Assembly (NCBI GenBank): GCA_965221775.1
Contig: CBDCSU010000004.1
Location: forward strand, 320,001-384,000
From: Candidatus Latescibacterota bacterium
GTDB taxonomy: Bacteria > Latescibacterota > UBA2968 > UBA8231
Reading direction: 5' to 3'
Length of the DNA stretch: 64,000 nucleotides
Below, piece by piece: positions 1-9,594 of this stretch. Position 1 is the stretch's first letter, and each line of letters starts with the position of its first letter. The notes under the pieces were generated by a model, which did no database searches, was not told the origin of the DNA, and saw only the letters and a list, made by a program, of their open reading frames with translations. A program made the translations under genes and the position numbers.

Positions 1-1
1 C

Positions 2-874
2 GTGGTGACGGTGGTGACCAATCTGGTGAACATCGTGGCCGACTACGCCTTGATCTTTGGCCACTGGGGGGCGCCGGAGCTGGGGGTGATCGGTGCGGCC
101 TGGGCGTCGGTGGCAGCCGCCGCCACCGGCTTCGCCCTGGGGGTGTCCGTCCTCCTGGCCTTCTATCGAGCGACGGTCTTCTCCTCCAGGCCCAAGGCGT
201 TCTTCGACCCCGGCAGGCTCAGGCACATGCTCTCCACCAACCTCAACCTCTGCGGCCGCACCCTGTGCCTGCTGGCCGCCCAGTTCCTCCTGGTGGCCCT
301 GGTGGCCCGCATGGGCGAGGTACCGCTGGCGGCGCACGCCGTGGTCTGGCAGCTGTGGTCCCTGGTCAGCTACGGAGTCGACGGCTTCGCCCACGCCGCC
401 GAAGCCCTCGTCGGCAACCGTCTCGGTGCCGGGGATCGGCTGGCGGCCCGGCACTACGCCCGCCGAATCCTCCTCTGGGGGGCCGCGATCGGACTGCTCT
501 TCAGCGGCATCTACGCCGTCGGCCTAGAGCGGATCGCCGGCTGGTTCACGCCCCATGCCGAGGTCGTCGCCGCCGTCGCCTCGCTGACGGTGCTGGTCGC
601 CGTCGTGCAGCCCCTGAATGCGCTGGTCTTCGTCCTCGACGGGATCTTCATCGGGGCCAACGATTCGGCCTACCTCTTCCGGGCCATGGCCCTGGCCGCC
701 TTCGCCGGCTTCGCGCCCGCCGCGATCCTCCTGGTGATCGTCCTCGAAGGCGGACTGGTCGCGGCATGGGGCGCCTACATCGTCCTCATGCTCGGACGCT
801 TCCTGCCCCTGGCCCGGCGCTACCGCGGCAGGGCCTGGCAGCGCACCTTTCTGTCCACTTCCACGGGAGTCTGA
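2..874 (+). CDS. MATE family efflux transporter (DinF-like), 5' truncated by window edge
   Basis: Polytopic protein with MATE signatures NIVADYALIFG..PELGVIGAAWAS, PLAAH, LVGNRLGAGD, DGIFIGAND. Confidence 0.9.
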   Translation: MVTVVTNLVNIVADYALIFGHWGAPELGVIGAAWASVAAAATGFALGVSVLLAFYRATVFSSRPKAFFDPGRLRHMLSTNLNLCGRTLCLLAAQFLLVALVARMGEVPLAAHAVVWQLWSLVSYGVDGFAHAAEALVGNRLGAGDRLAARHYARRILLWGAAIGLLFSGIYAVGLERIAGWFTPHAEVVAAVASLTVLVAVVQPLNALVFVLDGIFIGANDSAYLFRAMALAAFAGFAPAAILLVIVLEGGLVAAWGAYIVLMLGRFLPLARRYRGRAWQRTFLSTSTGV

Positions 875-875
875 C

Positions 876-1250
876 ATGTCCTTCTTCCAAGTCGACGATC
901 TGCCCCGGCTCGAGCTCTTCCCGAAGGCCCTGAGCGGCATCGTGCAGGGCGAGCACCTGATGTTGTCCTTCCTCGAGTTGGCCCCGGGCTGCAGGATCCC
1001 GGAGCACAGTCATCCCCACGAGCAGGCCGGACTCGTGCTGTCGGGGAGGCTCCGGTTCCGCATCGGCGAGGAGGAGCGCGTCTCCGGTGCCGGGGATGCC
1101 TTCCTGGTTCCGCCGAACGTCGTCCACGAGGGAGGGGTGGTCGGAGACGAGGCCTGCCGGGTCCTCGACATCTTCAGCCCGCCCCGCGAGGACTACGCCG
1201 ACCGCTACAACCGCTACACGGAGACTTCGCAGGAGACCCGCTGGCGCTGA
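876..1250 (+). CDS. Cupin domain protein
   Basis: PEHSHPHEQ...GDAFLVPPNVVH cupin metal motifs. Confidence 0.9.
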   Translation: MSFFQVDDLPRLELFPKALSGIVQGEHLMLSFLELAPGCRIPEHSHPHEQAGLVLSGRLRFRIGEEERVSGAGDAFLVPPNVVHEGGVVGDEACRVLDIFSPPREDYADRYNRYTETSQETRWR

Positions 1251-1327
1251 GCAGGCCCAGGCCCGTGCGTATTGTGCGCCCCCTGAACGTGGAGGATTCA
1301 CCGGACCGCCAACAAGGAGATCCCGCC

Positions 1328-2275
1328 TTGAGCACCCGAGAGCTGACCGCAGCCGACTGCCGCGACGTCCTCGTCGTGGCCATCACACCCCGTGAACCCG
1401 ATGGCTCCGTCGACCTGGCCGGCGTGGGCCGCAACGTGCGGTATCTCACCGACAACGGCGCCCGCTTCCTGATGCCCATGTGCGGCACGGGCCTGGTCTA
1501 CGACGCCACCCTGGACGAGTTCGAGAGCGTCACCGGCGCCTTCGCCGACGCCGCCGACGGACGCGCCCTGGTGGTCCCCGGCATCGGCCCGGGGTACGGC
1601 CGGGCCCTGGAGATGGCGGGCATCGCCCGCGGTCTGGGCGTGGCCGGCGCCATGATCATGCCCATCGTCGGCCCGGCCTCGGCGGGGGGAGTGTCCGAGG
1701 GCCTGGCCCGCATCGCCGGCGCCGCGGGCTTCCCGGTAATCCTGTACCAGCGCCGGCTCGACATCATGCCGGTGGACCGCGTCGTCGACCTGTGCCACCG
1801 CGACGACGTGGTGGGGCTGAAGTACGCCGTGGATGACGTGCACGCCTTCTGCCGCATCGCCGACGGCGCCGGGGCGGCGTGCGCCATGGTCTGCGGCATG
1901 GCCGAGGATCCCAGCGTGGAGTACCTCCAGGCCGGGGCGGTCGGCTTCAGCTCGGGAATGGCCAACTTCGTCCCCCGCATGAGCCTCCATCTGCTCTCCG
2001 CCTTTCACCGGGGCGAGGTGGAGGAGGCGGAGCGCCTGCGCAGGCTCATGGTGCCCTTCGAGGATCTCCGCGGGGAGAACGGGGCCCGCTACTCCGGCTC
2101 CGCCCTGCACGCAGCCATGGAATACGCCGGCCTCGCCGGCGGCCCCGTGATCCCCTTTGCCGAGGACGTGGAGGCCGCGGACCTGCCGCGGGTCCACGGG
2201 CTGATGGACCTTCTCCTGGCGGAGGAGACCCGCCTGCAGGGGGACTCGATCGCCGCCGGGGGCGGAGCTTCATGA
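1328..2275 (+). CDS. Dihydrodipicolinate synthase / N-acetylneuraminate lyase family aldolase or dehydratase
   Basis: AITP..DGSVD N-terminus, ILYQR tyrosine, GLKY Schiff-base lysine; TTG start at 1328 after AAGGAGA (ORF track starts at 1265). Confidence 0.85.
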   Translation: MSTRELTAADCRDVLVVAITPREPDGSVDLAGVGRNVRYLTDNGARFLMPMCGTGLVYDATLDEFESVTGAFADAADGRALVVPGIGPGYGRALEMAGIARGLGVAGAMIMPIVGPASAGGVSEGLARIAGAAGFPVILYQRRLDIMPVDRVVDLCHRDDVVGLKYAVDDVHAFCRIADGAGAACAMVCGMAEDPSVEYLQAGAVGFSSGMANFVPRMSLHLLSAFHRGEVEEAERLRRLMVPFEDLRGENGARYSGSALHAAMEYAGLAGGPVIPFAEDVEAADLPRVHGLMDLLLAEETRLQGDSIAAGGGAS

Positions 2276-3390
2276 GCGGAGGCGCCCCCCCGGTACGGGT
2301 CGCCCTGATCGGTCTCGGCGGCGTCTGCTCGAGCGTCCACTACCCCGGCCTGTCCCGCATCCCCGGGGTGGAGATCACCGCCCTCTGCGACGTGGACCGG
2401 GAGCAACTCGCCCTCCGCGCCGAGGAGTGGGGCGTCGAGAGCTGCCACGCCGGCCTGGACGACCTCGCCAGCGCTGCCGACGTGGACGCGGCGGTCATCG
2501 CCACTCCGAATCACCAGCACCGCCAGTTGATCGAGGGCGCTCTCGGAGCCGGCTTCCACGTCTTGTGCGAGAAGCCGCTGGGGATGGACCTGGCCGAGGC
2601 CGTGGCGATCTACCGCCAAGCCGCCGCTTCGGGCCGCCGGCACATGACCGCCTTCACCTACCGCTTCGTGCCGGCCATGGCCTACCTGAAGTCGCTAGTG
2701 GAGGCCGGAGAGCTCGGCCGGATCCGGCACGCACGGGTCCAGAGGCTCCAGGACTGGGGGGAGAGGGTCATCGGCTGGCGCCAGTACCGCCGGCTGGCGG
2801 GACTGGGCGAACTGGGGGACATGGGCATCCACCGCATCGACTACGCCGAGGATCTGATGGGACCCATGCGATCGGTCTGCGCGTCGATGAAGCAGCTCGT
2901 GCCCCGTGACCGAACCGGCGACGGCCAGCCTTGCCCACCCCAGGACGTCGAGGACTGGGTCGCCTGGATCGCCGAGTTCCAGAGCGGCGCCACCGGCGTC
3001 TTCGAGATGGGCAAGCTCTCCAAGGGGCGCGGTCCCCTGGGGGACCACGACCTGGCGGAGATCAACGGCACGGAGGCCTCTGCCGTCTACCAGTTGCACC
3101 GACCCCACGAGATCCTCTTTGCCGAGAGGGGAGAGCCCTACCGGGTTCGCCCGGTTCCTCCGGCTTTCCTCACGCGTCCGGGTTCGCCCCGGGATCCCGC
3201 ACAGGGGGATCCGACCGTCACCTTCCGCTACGACCAGGCGTGGGAGTTCATCAGCGCCATCCGCGAGGAGAGGGAGTGCGTGCCTTCCTTCTACCACGGC
3301 ACGCGGGCCCAGGCGGTGGCCGAAGCGGTGGTGGAGGCCTCCCGCGAGCGCCGGTGGGTGGATGTCCAGGAGATCCCCGCTCCGGCGTGA
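2272..3390 (+). CDS. Gfo/Idh/MocA family oxidoreductase
   Basis: IGLGGV Rossmann motif, IATPN..H, HVLCEKP, DMGIH.ID; ATGA overlap with upstream gene. Confidence 0.92.
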   Translation: MSGGAPPVRVALIGLGGVCSSVHYPGLSRIPGVEITALCDVDREQLALRAEEWGVESCHAGLDDLASAADVDAAVIATPNHQHRQLIEGALGAGFHVLCEKPLGMDLAEAVAIYRQAAASGRRHMTAFTYRFVPAMAYLKSLVEAGELGRIRHARVQRLQDWGERVIGWRQYRRLAGLGELGDMGIHRIDYAEDLMGPMRSVCASMKQLVPRDRTGDGQPCPPQDVEDWVAWIAEFQSGATGVFEMGKLSKGRGPLGDHDLAEINGTEASAVYQLHRPHEILFAERGEPYRVRPVPPAFLTRPGSPRDPAQGDPTVTFRYDQAWEFISAIREERECVPSFYHGTRAQAVAEAVVEASRERRWVDVQEIPAPA

Positions 3391-3410
3391 GCAGACCCGC
3401 CGTCGACCCG

Positions 3411-4958
3411 CTACGGCCGTCGACCGAAGCGTCCACGGCCCAGGGCCCAGGCCCCGAGGACGGCGGCACTCAGCAGGAACACCCAGTCCCCCCAGCGAGC
3501 ATAGAGCGTCGATTCATCCCGAGGCTGCACCCGCGCCGCGATCGTCTCCGTCTCCAGGAGCCGGGTCCTTTCCCGGATCCGCCCGCTCGGTTCGATGATG
3601 CAGGAGATCCCCGTGTTGGCCGCCCGCAGGACCGGGCGGCCGGTCTCCACGGCGCGCAGCACGCACATGGCCAAGTGCTGCATCGGAGCCGCGGAGGTTC
3701 CGAACCAAGCATCGTTGGTGGTGTTCACCAGGAGGGTGGCTCCCCTTGCCGCGAGAGTCCGCGGAATCGAGGGGAAGATCGACTCATAGCAGATGAAGAC
3801 GCCCAGCTCCGCCTCCACTCCCGGCAGTGGCAGCACCCGGTGATCCTCCCCGGGATCGAACCGCCCGCTGTGCACGGTCAGCTCCCGGAGATAGCCGAAG
3901 ATCCGGGGCAGGGGGAGGAACTCGCCGAAGGGCACCAGGTGGACCTTGTCCACCGAGCCGATGACGGTCCCCTCCCGGCCGATGAGGAAGGAGCGGTTGT
4001 AGATCCCTGGCTGCCCCGAGGCGGAAAGGGACCCGAGGCTGCCAACCAGCAGGCGGCTCCCCGTGTCGCGGGCGAGTTCCTCGACCTGCCGCCGATGGTG
4101 CCGGTTCGCCTCCGTGTCGAGGCGGAAGGGAAGGGCCGTCTCCGGCCACAGGATGAGGTCCAGGGGGCCTTTCTCCCGCACCAGCGCGCGGGTCAACCCG
4201 CTGTAGTGGTCCGTCGCCGAGCGGACTCCCGGCCCCAGCCACTTCTCGCCCTGGGACACGTTGCCCTGGACGATGCCGACCCGCAGGGTCCGGGGGGATG
4301 TCTCCGCTTCCATACCGCCGAGCCGTACGAAACCCGCTGCCACGGAGAGTGACACAAGGAGTCCCGCCGGCATCAGGGAGCGCGGTCGGACGGATGGCTG
4401 GACGATGGCCTGCGCCGCCGCGGCGTTGACAAGAACGATGAGGAAGGTGATGCCGTGGACCCCGGTCACCGCGGCCACCTGGGCCACGGCCGGGTAGCGG
4501 TACTGGGTATAGCCGAGCAGCTCCCAGGGAAACCCGCTGAGCATCCAGGTCTGCACCCAGTCCAGCAGCGTCCACTGGCAGGCCGCGAGCCACGGGAAGG
4601 CGCTGGAGGTGAGCGGCAGGCGCCGGCAGAGCAGCAGGAACAGCACCGGGTACGCCGCCATGTACAGGATGAGGAGGACCGTCGTCAGGCAGGCGAGAGG
4701 GAAGCCGAGGCCGCCGTAGAGCTGCAAGGTCTCGGCGACCCAGTAGGCGCGGCCCAAGCCGGAGACCAGACCGAGGGAGAGGCCGGCCACGGCCGCCTGC
4801 CTCGGGCCGAGGGGGCGGCCGGATCTGCCGCCGAGGACGAGGATGAGGCAGGGGACCAGGCAACCCCAAGCGACCCACCCCTGGTCGGCCTTGGGCAGGG
4901 CCAGCCAGTAGAGCAGGCCGCTCCCGGCGCCAACGAGGGCGCTGACGCCGGAGGACAC
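3411..4958 (-). CDS. lnt: Apolipoprotein N-acyltransferase
   Basis: GFPW..LGY, VQGN, WPETA, KVHLVPFGEF, ICYESIF, TNDAWFG, RAVE.GRP.LRAANTGIS. Confidence 0.96.
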   Translation of the reverse strand: MSSGVSALVGAGSGLLYWLALPKADQGWVAWGCLVPCLILVLGGRSGRPLGPRQAAVAGLSLGLVSGLGRAYWVAETLQLYGGLGFPLACLTTVLLILYMAAYPVLFLLLCRRLPLTSSAFPWLAACQWTLLDWVQTWMLSGFPWELLGYTQYRYPAVAQVAAVTGVHGITFLIVLVNAAAAQAIVQPSVRPRSLMPAGLLVSLSVAAGFVRLGGMEAETSPRTLRVGIVQGNVSQGEKWLGPGVRSATDHYSGLTRALVREKGPLDLILWPETALPFRLDTEANRHHRRQVEELARDTGSRLLVGSLGSLSASGQPGIYNRSFLIGREGTVIGSVDKVHLVPFGEFLPLPRIFGYLRELTVHSGRFDPGEDHRVLPLPGVEAELGVFICYESIFPSIPRTLAARGATLLVNTTNDAWFGTSAAPMQHLAMCVLRAVETGRPVLRAANTGISCIIEPSGRIRERTRLLETETIAARVQPRDESTLYARWGDWVFLLSAAVLGAWALGRGRFGRRP

Positions 4959-5287
4959 TACAACTCCAGATACTCGACCAGAGGCTCGCGCAGCTTTTCG
5001 AGGGCCCCCCCTTCGAGATCCCTGACCTCCTGGCGAGACAGCTGCAGTCGGGCTGCCACGGCGCCGGGGGAGCGTTTCTCCTGGTAGCGCAGCTTCACCA
5101 CTTCGAGCTCCCTGGAGTTCAGCCGCTCCAGGGCGCCGGAGACGACCTGGCGCAGCTCCTGGCTCTCCACCAGATCGAGGGGGGAGTCGGGCAGGAGCAG
5201 GGAGATGAACCGTTCGTCCAAGGGCACCCGGCCGGTGGGTCCGGCGCCCGTGGGGAGATCCTGGGAGATGCGGTCAAATCTCGACAT
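4958..5287 (-). CDS. Small protein with only a sigma-70 region 4 HTH
   Basis: ALERLNSRELEVVKLRY...VAARLQLSRQEVRDLEGGALEKLR; RBS GGAGGGA; no region 2. Confidence 0.75.
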   Translation of the reverse strand: MSRFDRISQDLPTGAGPTGRVPLDERFISLLLPDSPLDLVESQELRQVVSGALERLNSRELEVVKLRYQEKRSPGAVAARLQLSRQEVRDLEGGALEKLREPLVEYLEL

Positions 5288-5305
5288 GTCCCTCCTGGAG
5301 CAGAC

Positions 5306-5336
5306 AAAAAAACAGGGAGCCGTTTCCGACTCCCTG
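5306..5336 (-). terminator. Rho-independent terminator after tRNA-fMet
   Basis: Minus strand CAGGGAGTCG-GAAA-CGGCTCCCTG followed by T7. Confidence 0.85.
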
Positions 5337-5344
5337 ATCGGTTA

Positions 5345-5421
<77 letters not shown>

Positions 5422-5467
5422 ACACACATGGAATATATGGCCTGGGGGCGCGGATGCAACCCCGTCG

Positions 5468-6802
5468 TCACTCCCGCGCATCCGGCGGGGACTCGGCAGG
5501 AGCGGAGTCTCCGTTCGGGAGCCGCTGCATCTGCACCTCCGAAATCCGCTGCCCATCGACGGCCAGAATGGTGATCTCGAAGCCAGGGACGAGGATCGAC
5601 TGGCCGGCGCCCGGCACATGACCCAGGTGGTCATAGATGAAGCCTCCCAAGGTGTCGAAGCCGTCGCTCGGAAGGTCGGAGTCCAGTAGTTCGTTCAGTT
5701 CCTCGATATTGATGCGCGGATTGACGATCAGCACCTCGTCGGGCTGCCAGCGGTACAGGGTCTCCTCGGCGTCGTACTCGTCCTGCAGCTCGCCGACGAT
5801 CTCCTCCACGAGGTCCTCGGTGGTCACCAGCCCGGCGGTGCCTCCGTACTCGTCGACGACGATGGCCAACCGGGTCCGGGCCTGGCGCAGGTCGCGCAGC
5901 AACTGATCGATCTTCCGGGTCTCAGGCACGTAGAAGGGCTCGTGCAGCAGTTGGATCCCCTCGCCGTCCCCGGTGGGAACCTCGTCCAGAAGCCGGCGCA
6001 TGGGAGAGGCGCCGTCGACGGCGTTCGGCCCATCGAGGAGCCGCAGGAGATCCTTGGCGTAGAGGATGCCGCGGATCGAGTCGAGGGACTCCTCGTATAC
6101 GGGGACGCGGGAATGGCCCTGGTCACGGATCGTGCTCAACAGGTCGGCCACGCTTCCACCGATCTCCACGGCGGTGATGTCGACGCGCGGCACCATCACC
6201 TCTCGAACCACCCGGTCGTGGAAGCCGAAGACCCCCTGGATCATGTCGCGCTCGCCCTCCTCCAGTACGCCGGTCTCGCCTTCCGAGTCGACCAGGCTGC
6301 GAAGCTCCTCCTCCTTCTGCGCCTTGAACTCCTCGTCGGAGTAGTCGACGGCGGCGATGCGCTGTACCACCGCCGCCAGGGGGCCGAGGAGGAGGTGAAG
6401 AGGGACGTACAGCAGGGTCAGTGCCGGGATCCGGGGTTCCTCGCCTTCTGGCTCGAAACGGACGCGCCGCGCCGTGGAGGCGAGGAGCAGGCAGAGGGAA
6501 GCGGCGGCCGTCACCGCCAGCGCCGACCACTTCGCGTCGAGGTGGAAGCGAAGCAGGTAGTAGAGCGCCAGGGTTAGAGCGACCGTGCAGAATCCCTGGC
6601 CGAGGCGGGAGATCAGCAGGAGGCGGTAGCGCGGCTCGTGGACACGCAGCATCCGGTTGGCGCGAGGCACGCCGGCGTCTCGCATCTTCTCCAGGGAGGA
6701 ACGTGGAAGGACACCCAGGGTCGCCTCATAGCTGGCGAGGACAAAGAGCGCCGCAGAGGAGAGGATGGTCAGGGTGAGTGCGGCTATTTGGGGAGGTTCC
6801 AA
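5468..6802 (-). CDS. HlyC/CorC (YbeX-like) CNNM-CBS domain protein
   Basis: N-terminal TMs, VREVMVPR, HSRVPVY, VVDEYGGTAGLVTTEDLVEEIVGEL, DTLGGF; TTG start at 6802 inferred to avoid overlap with ybeY. Confidence 0.9.
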   Translation of the reverse strand: MEPPQIAALTLTILSSAALFVLASYEATLGVLPRSSLEKMRDAGVPRANRMLRVHEPRYRLLLISRLGQGFCTVALTLALYYLLRFHLDAKWSALAVTAAASLCLLLASTARRVRFEPEGEEPRIPALTLLYVPLHLLLGPLAAVVQRIAAVDYSDEEFKAQKEEELRSLVDSEGETGVLEEGERDMIQGVFGFHDRVVREVMVPRVDITAVEIGGSVADLLSTIRDQGHSRVPVYEESLDSIRGILYAKDLLRLLDGPNAVDGASPMRRLLDEVPTGDGEGIQLLHEPFYVPETRKIDQLLRDLRQARTRLAIVVDEYGGTAGLVTTEDLVEEIVGELQDEYDAEETLYRWQPDEVLIVNPRINIEELNELLDSDLPSDGFDTLGGFIYDHLGHVPGAGQSILVPGFEITILAVDGQRISEVQMQRLPNGDSAPAESPPDARE

Positions 6803-6869
6803 GAAACGGCTCTCCCACTCCTTTCTGAAAAACAGCCCGCCAGGACTGTCGGCTGGAAATGCACTGAGG

Positions 6870-7355
6870 TCACCCCGGCCCGGCCGGACAGGGCGGGAGG
6901 TGGACGAAGCGCTCCGTCTCCCGCTCCATGTCCTCGAGCTCACCTGCGGTCTGGTGGTCAAACCCCGCAAGGTGGAGAAGACCGTGGACAAGGAGTCGGG
7001 TGAGTTCAGCTTCCACCGTCACCCCGCGCTCAGTGGCCTGCACCGTGGCGCGAGGCAGGGAAATGTAGATCTCCCCCGCGGGTGCCTCGAACTCCGCCGG
7101 CGAGAGCACGCTTCCGGCTCCACTTCGGCTGGCCGGATCATCCCTCAGGGAGAAGGAGAGCACGTCCGTACTCCGGTCCCGCCCACGGAAGGCCGCGTTG
7201 AGGCGGCGAACCTCCGCGTCGTCGGTGACGATCGCCTCCACCGGGCCTCCGGCCTCGTGCACGGACAGGACCCTTCGAGCCACCGCAGCCAAGTGGTGGC
7301 GGGTCCCGGCCGTTACGGCCTCAGGCAGGTCCGGGCTGCAGTGCAGTAGAAACAT
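6870..7355 (-). CDS. ybeY: rRNA maturation RNase YbeY
   Basis: LNAAFRG.D.STDVLSF, GEIYIS, HGLLHLAGFDH. Confidence 0.93.
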   Translation of the reverse strand: MFLLHCSPDLPEAVTAGTRHHLAAVARRVLSVHEAGGPVEAIVTDDAEVRRLNAAFRGRDRSTDVLSFSLRDDPASRSGAGSVLSPAEFEAPAGEIYISLPRATVQATERGVTVEAELTRLLVHGLLHLAGFDHQTAGELEDMERETERFVHLPPCPAGPG

Positions 7356-9594
7356 GGGTCTGGCTCGCCTTGGTCTGCCACGGGTATTCGAGCCGCCCGT
7401 GAAGAGTTCCCATGAGCACGGGGAGGAAGGACTCTTCGACGCCGTGCAGATCGCGCAGCGTCAGTGGACATTCATCGAGCTCCCCGGCTGTGAACTTCTG
7501 CTGAATGATGCGCCGCACCAACTGACGCACCCGATTCGGCGTGTGATCGGAGAGGGTTCGGGCCGCCGACTCGACCGAGTCGGCCAGCATCAGGATACCC
7601 GCCTCCTTCGTCTGGGGCTTGGGGCCATCGTACCGGAAGTCGTCGCGGCGCACGTTCTTGAGGCCCTGCTCGACGGCCCGGTTGTAGAAGAACTCGATCA
7701 CCGTCGTTCCGTGATGCTGGGGAATCAGGTCGATCAAGGCCTCGGGCAGCCCGTTCTCTTCCGCCAACTCCACGCCGTCCTTGACGTGGGAGTCGACGAT
7801 GAGAGCGCTCATGTTGGGCGTCAGCTGATCGTGCGGATTGCGGCCACCGCGCAGGCCCTGGTTCTCGGTGAAGTACTCGGGCTTGAGCATCTTGCCGATA
7901 TCGTGGTAGTAGCACCCGACCCGGGCCAGCAGGGGATTGGCGTCGATCCGCTGCGCCGCCGCCTCCGACAGGTTGGCCATGATCAGGGAATGGGTGTACG
8001 TGCCGGGGGCCTGAATCGCCAGCTCCCTCAGCAGCGGGCGGTTCAGGTCGGACAACTCCAGAAGGGTGATGTCGGTGGTTACCCTGAAGAGGCTCTCGAA
8101 GATCGGCAGCAGGCCCTGGATGACGATGGGCGACGCCACGCCGATGAAGATCCCCGGCAGCACATGCTCGGGTATGTCGTCGATGTTGACGAACCGGAGC
8201 AGGTCCGTGGCGGCGATCAGCAAGGCATAGGAGGCGGTGAGCAGGACCATGGGTCGGTAGAACTGATTCCGGTGACGCACCTGCCGCAACGAGAACACGG
8301 CGACGGCGGAGGTGAGTGCGCAGATCATGGCCACGTAGAAGTCGCCGAAGAGGGTGCCGATGAAGAGGGCGAGGAGGAAAGAGACGACCAGGGCGAGTTG
8401 GGGGCTCAGGAGGATCGTCAGCAGCATGGCCGCCAGGGGAGTGGGCACGAAGTAGGTGGGGATATCGTTGACCCGTATATAGGAAGCGCTCCCCGCCGTC
8501 GACAGGGTGATGATGGCCAGGAGCAGCAGCAGACTGGGGCTGTCGAAGATGGCCCGTTCGCGGGCGGACAGGTAGAAGCCGAGGACGAGCAGAATGAAGG
8601 CCGCGATCACACCGGAGCTCAGGACTTGGTAGAGGCTTGTGGCGAAGTCCTTCTCGGCCACCTCCGTCAGATGCTCCGCGAGGGCGTCGAGAGCCTCCAC
8701 GTGGTGGGGCTCCACCTTCGCGTTCTTGTCGACGATCATCTCGTCCTGGAGGTAGCGGCGCTTGATCCGGGCTACACTGCGCCGGGCCTCCTCCCGCTGC
8801 TGCCGCGTGAGTGCTGCGTCCACCACGACGTTCGCGGTGACGAACAGCCCGAGAAGCTCGTGCACGGCCTCGGCCGCCCCGCTGGAAGCCAGGGAAGGGT
8901 AGCTCCCTATGAGAGAGAGGAGCTCTCCGCGCTTCAATGACCCGGCCTCGTAGAGGTCGTCGATCGGGACCTCCTGGCCTTCGAGGCGGGCCTGGCGGGT
9001 CAGGGCGGTGTGGGTGTCGTCACGGGAGGCCAGGATGCCGGTGGAGTAGGCATTGGCAAGCACTTGGCCGGCGGCTTGCCGAAAAGACGCGATCGTGTCG
9101 GGGGGCGCCGCGGATAGGGCGGCGATGAGCTTTCTAAGCGCGTCCTCGGAGAGGGAGCCGATGACGTCGGGCAACTCTCTTTGCAGCCGCCTCTGCTTCA
9201 CGGACTCGGGCATCTCCATCCGTATGTTGGGCAGCAGCACGTCAAAGACCGAGTCGAGGCGTGAGAGCTGTCGATCACTGATCCGGGGTTGCAGCGACAA
9301 CTGCGTGGGCACTCGCCGCTCGGCCTCGTGACGCTCCCGTTCCAGTTCCTCCGGTCCCTTGCGCACGAAGAAGGTCTGGGAGGCGTTGATTCGCTCGGGG
9401 GCGATGCTGCCGACGCGCAGCTTGGTGACGTGGTGCGGGCGCTGGAAGGGGGAAAAGTAGGTCAGCAGGCCGATGGCCCCGAGGGCGAGGGCGAGCCGGT
9501 ACAGGCGCATGCCGGCTGCTCCTTGGGGGCCCTTCCTCTGACGGCCCGACGATGCCGAGGAGGCCCACGGGCGCCTCAAGGAAGGGGTGTTCAC
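7321..9594 (-). CDS. 7TM-HD (HDIG) phosphohydrolase, PgpH-like
   Basis: Extracytoplasmic domain, multiple TMs, APGTYTHS, YYHDIGK, HHGT, LADSVE; GTGA overlap with PhoH stop. Confidence 0.9.
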   Translation of the reverse strand: MNTPSLRRPWASSASSGRQRKGPQGAAGMRLYRLALALGAIGLLTYFSPFQRPHHVTKLRVGSIAPERINASQTFFVRKGPEELERERHEAERRVPTQLSLQPRISDRQLSRLDSVFDVLLPNIRMEMPESVKQRRLQRELPDVIGSLSEDALRKLIAALSAAPPDTIASFRQAAGQVLANAYSTGILASRDDTHTALTRQARLEGQEVPIDDLYEAGSLKRGELLSLIGSYPSLASSGAAEAVHELLGLFVTANVVVDAALTRQQREEARRSVARIKRRYLQDEMIVDKNAKVEPHHVEALDALAEHLTEVAEKDFATSLYQVLSSGVIAAFILLVLGFYLSARERAIFDSPSLLLLLAIITLSTAGSASYIRVNDIPTYFVPTPLAAMLLTILLSPQLALVVSFLLALFIGTLFGDFYVAMICALTSAVAVFSLRQVRHRNQFYRPMVLLTASYALLIAATDLLRFVNIDDIPEHVLPGIFIGVASPIVIQGLLPIFESLFRVTTDITLLELSDLNRPLLRELAIQAPGTYTHSLIMANLSEAAAQRIDANPLLARVGCYYHDIGKMLKPEYFTENQGLRGGRNPHDQLTPNMSALIVDSHVKDGVELAEENGLPEALIDLIPQHHGTTVIEFFYNRAVEQGLKNVRRDDFRYDGPKPQTKEAGILMLADSVESAARTLSDHTPNRVRQLVRRIIQQKFTAGELDECPLTLRDLHGVEESFLPVLMGTLHGRLEYPWQTKASQTHVSTALQPGPA

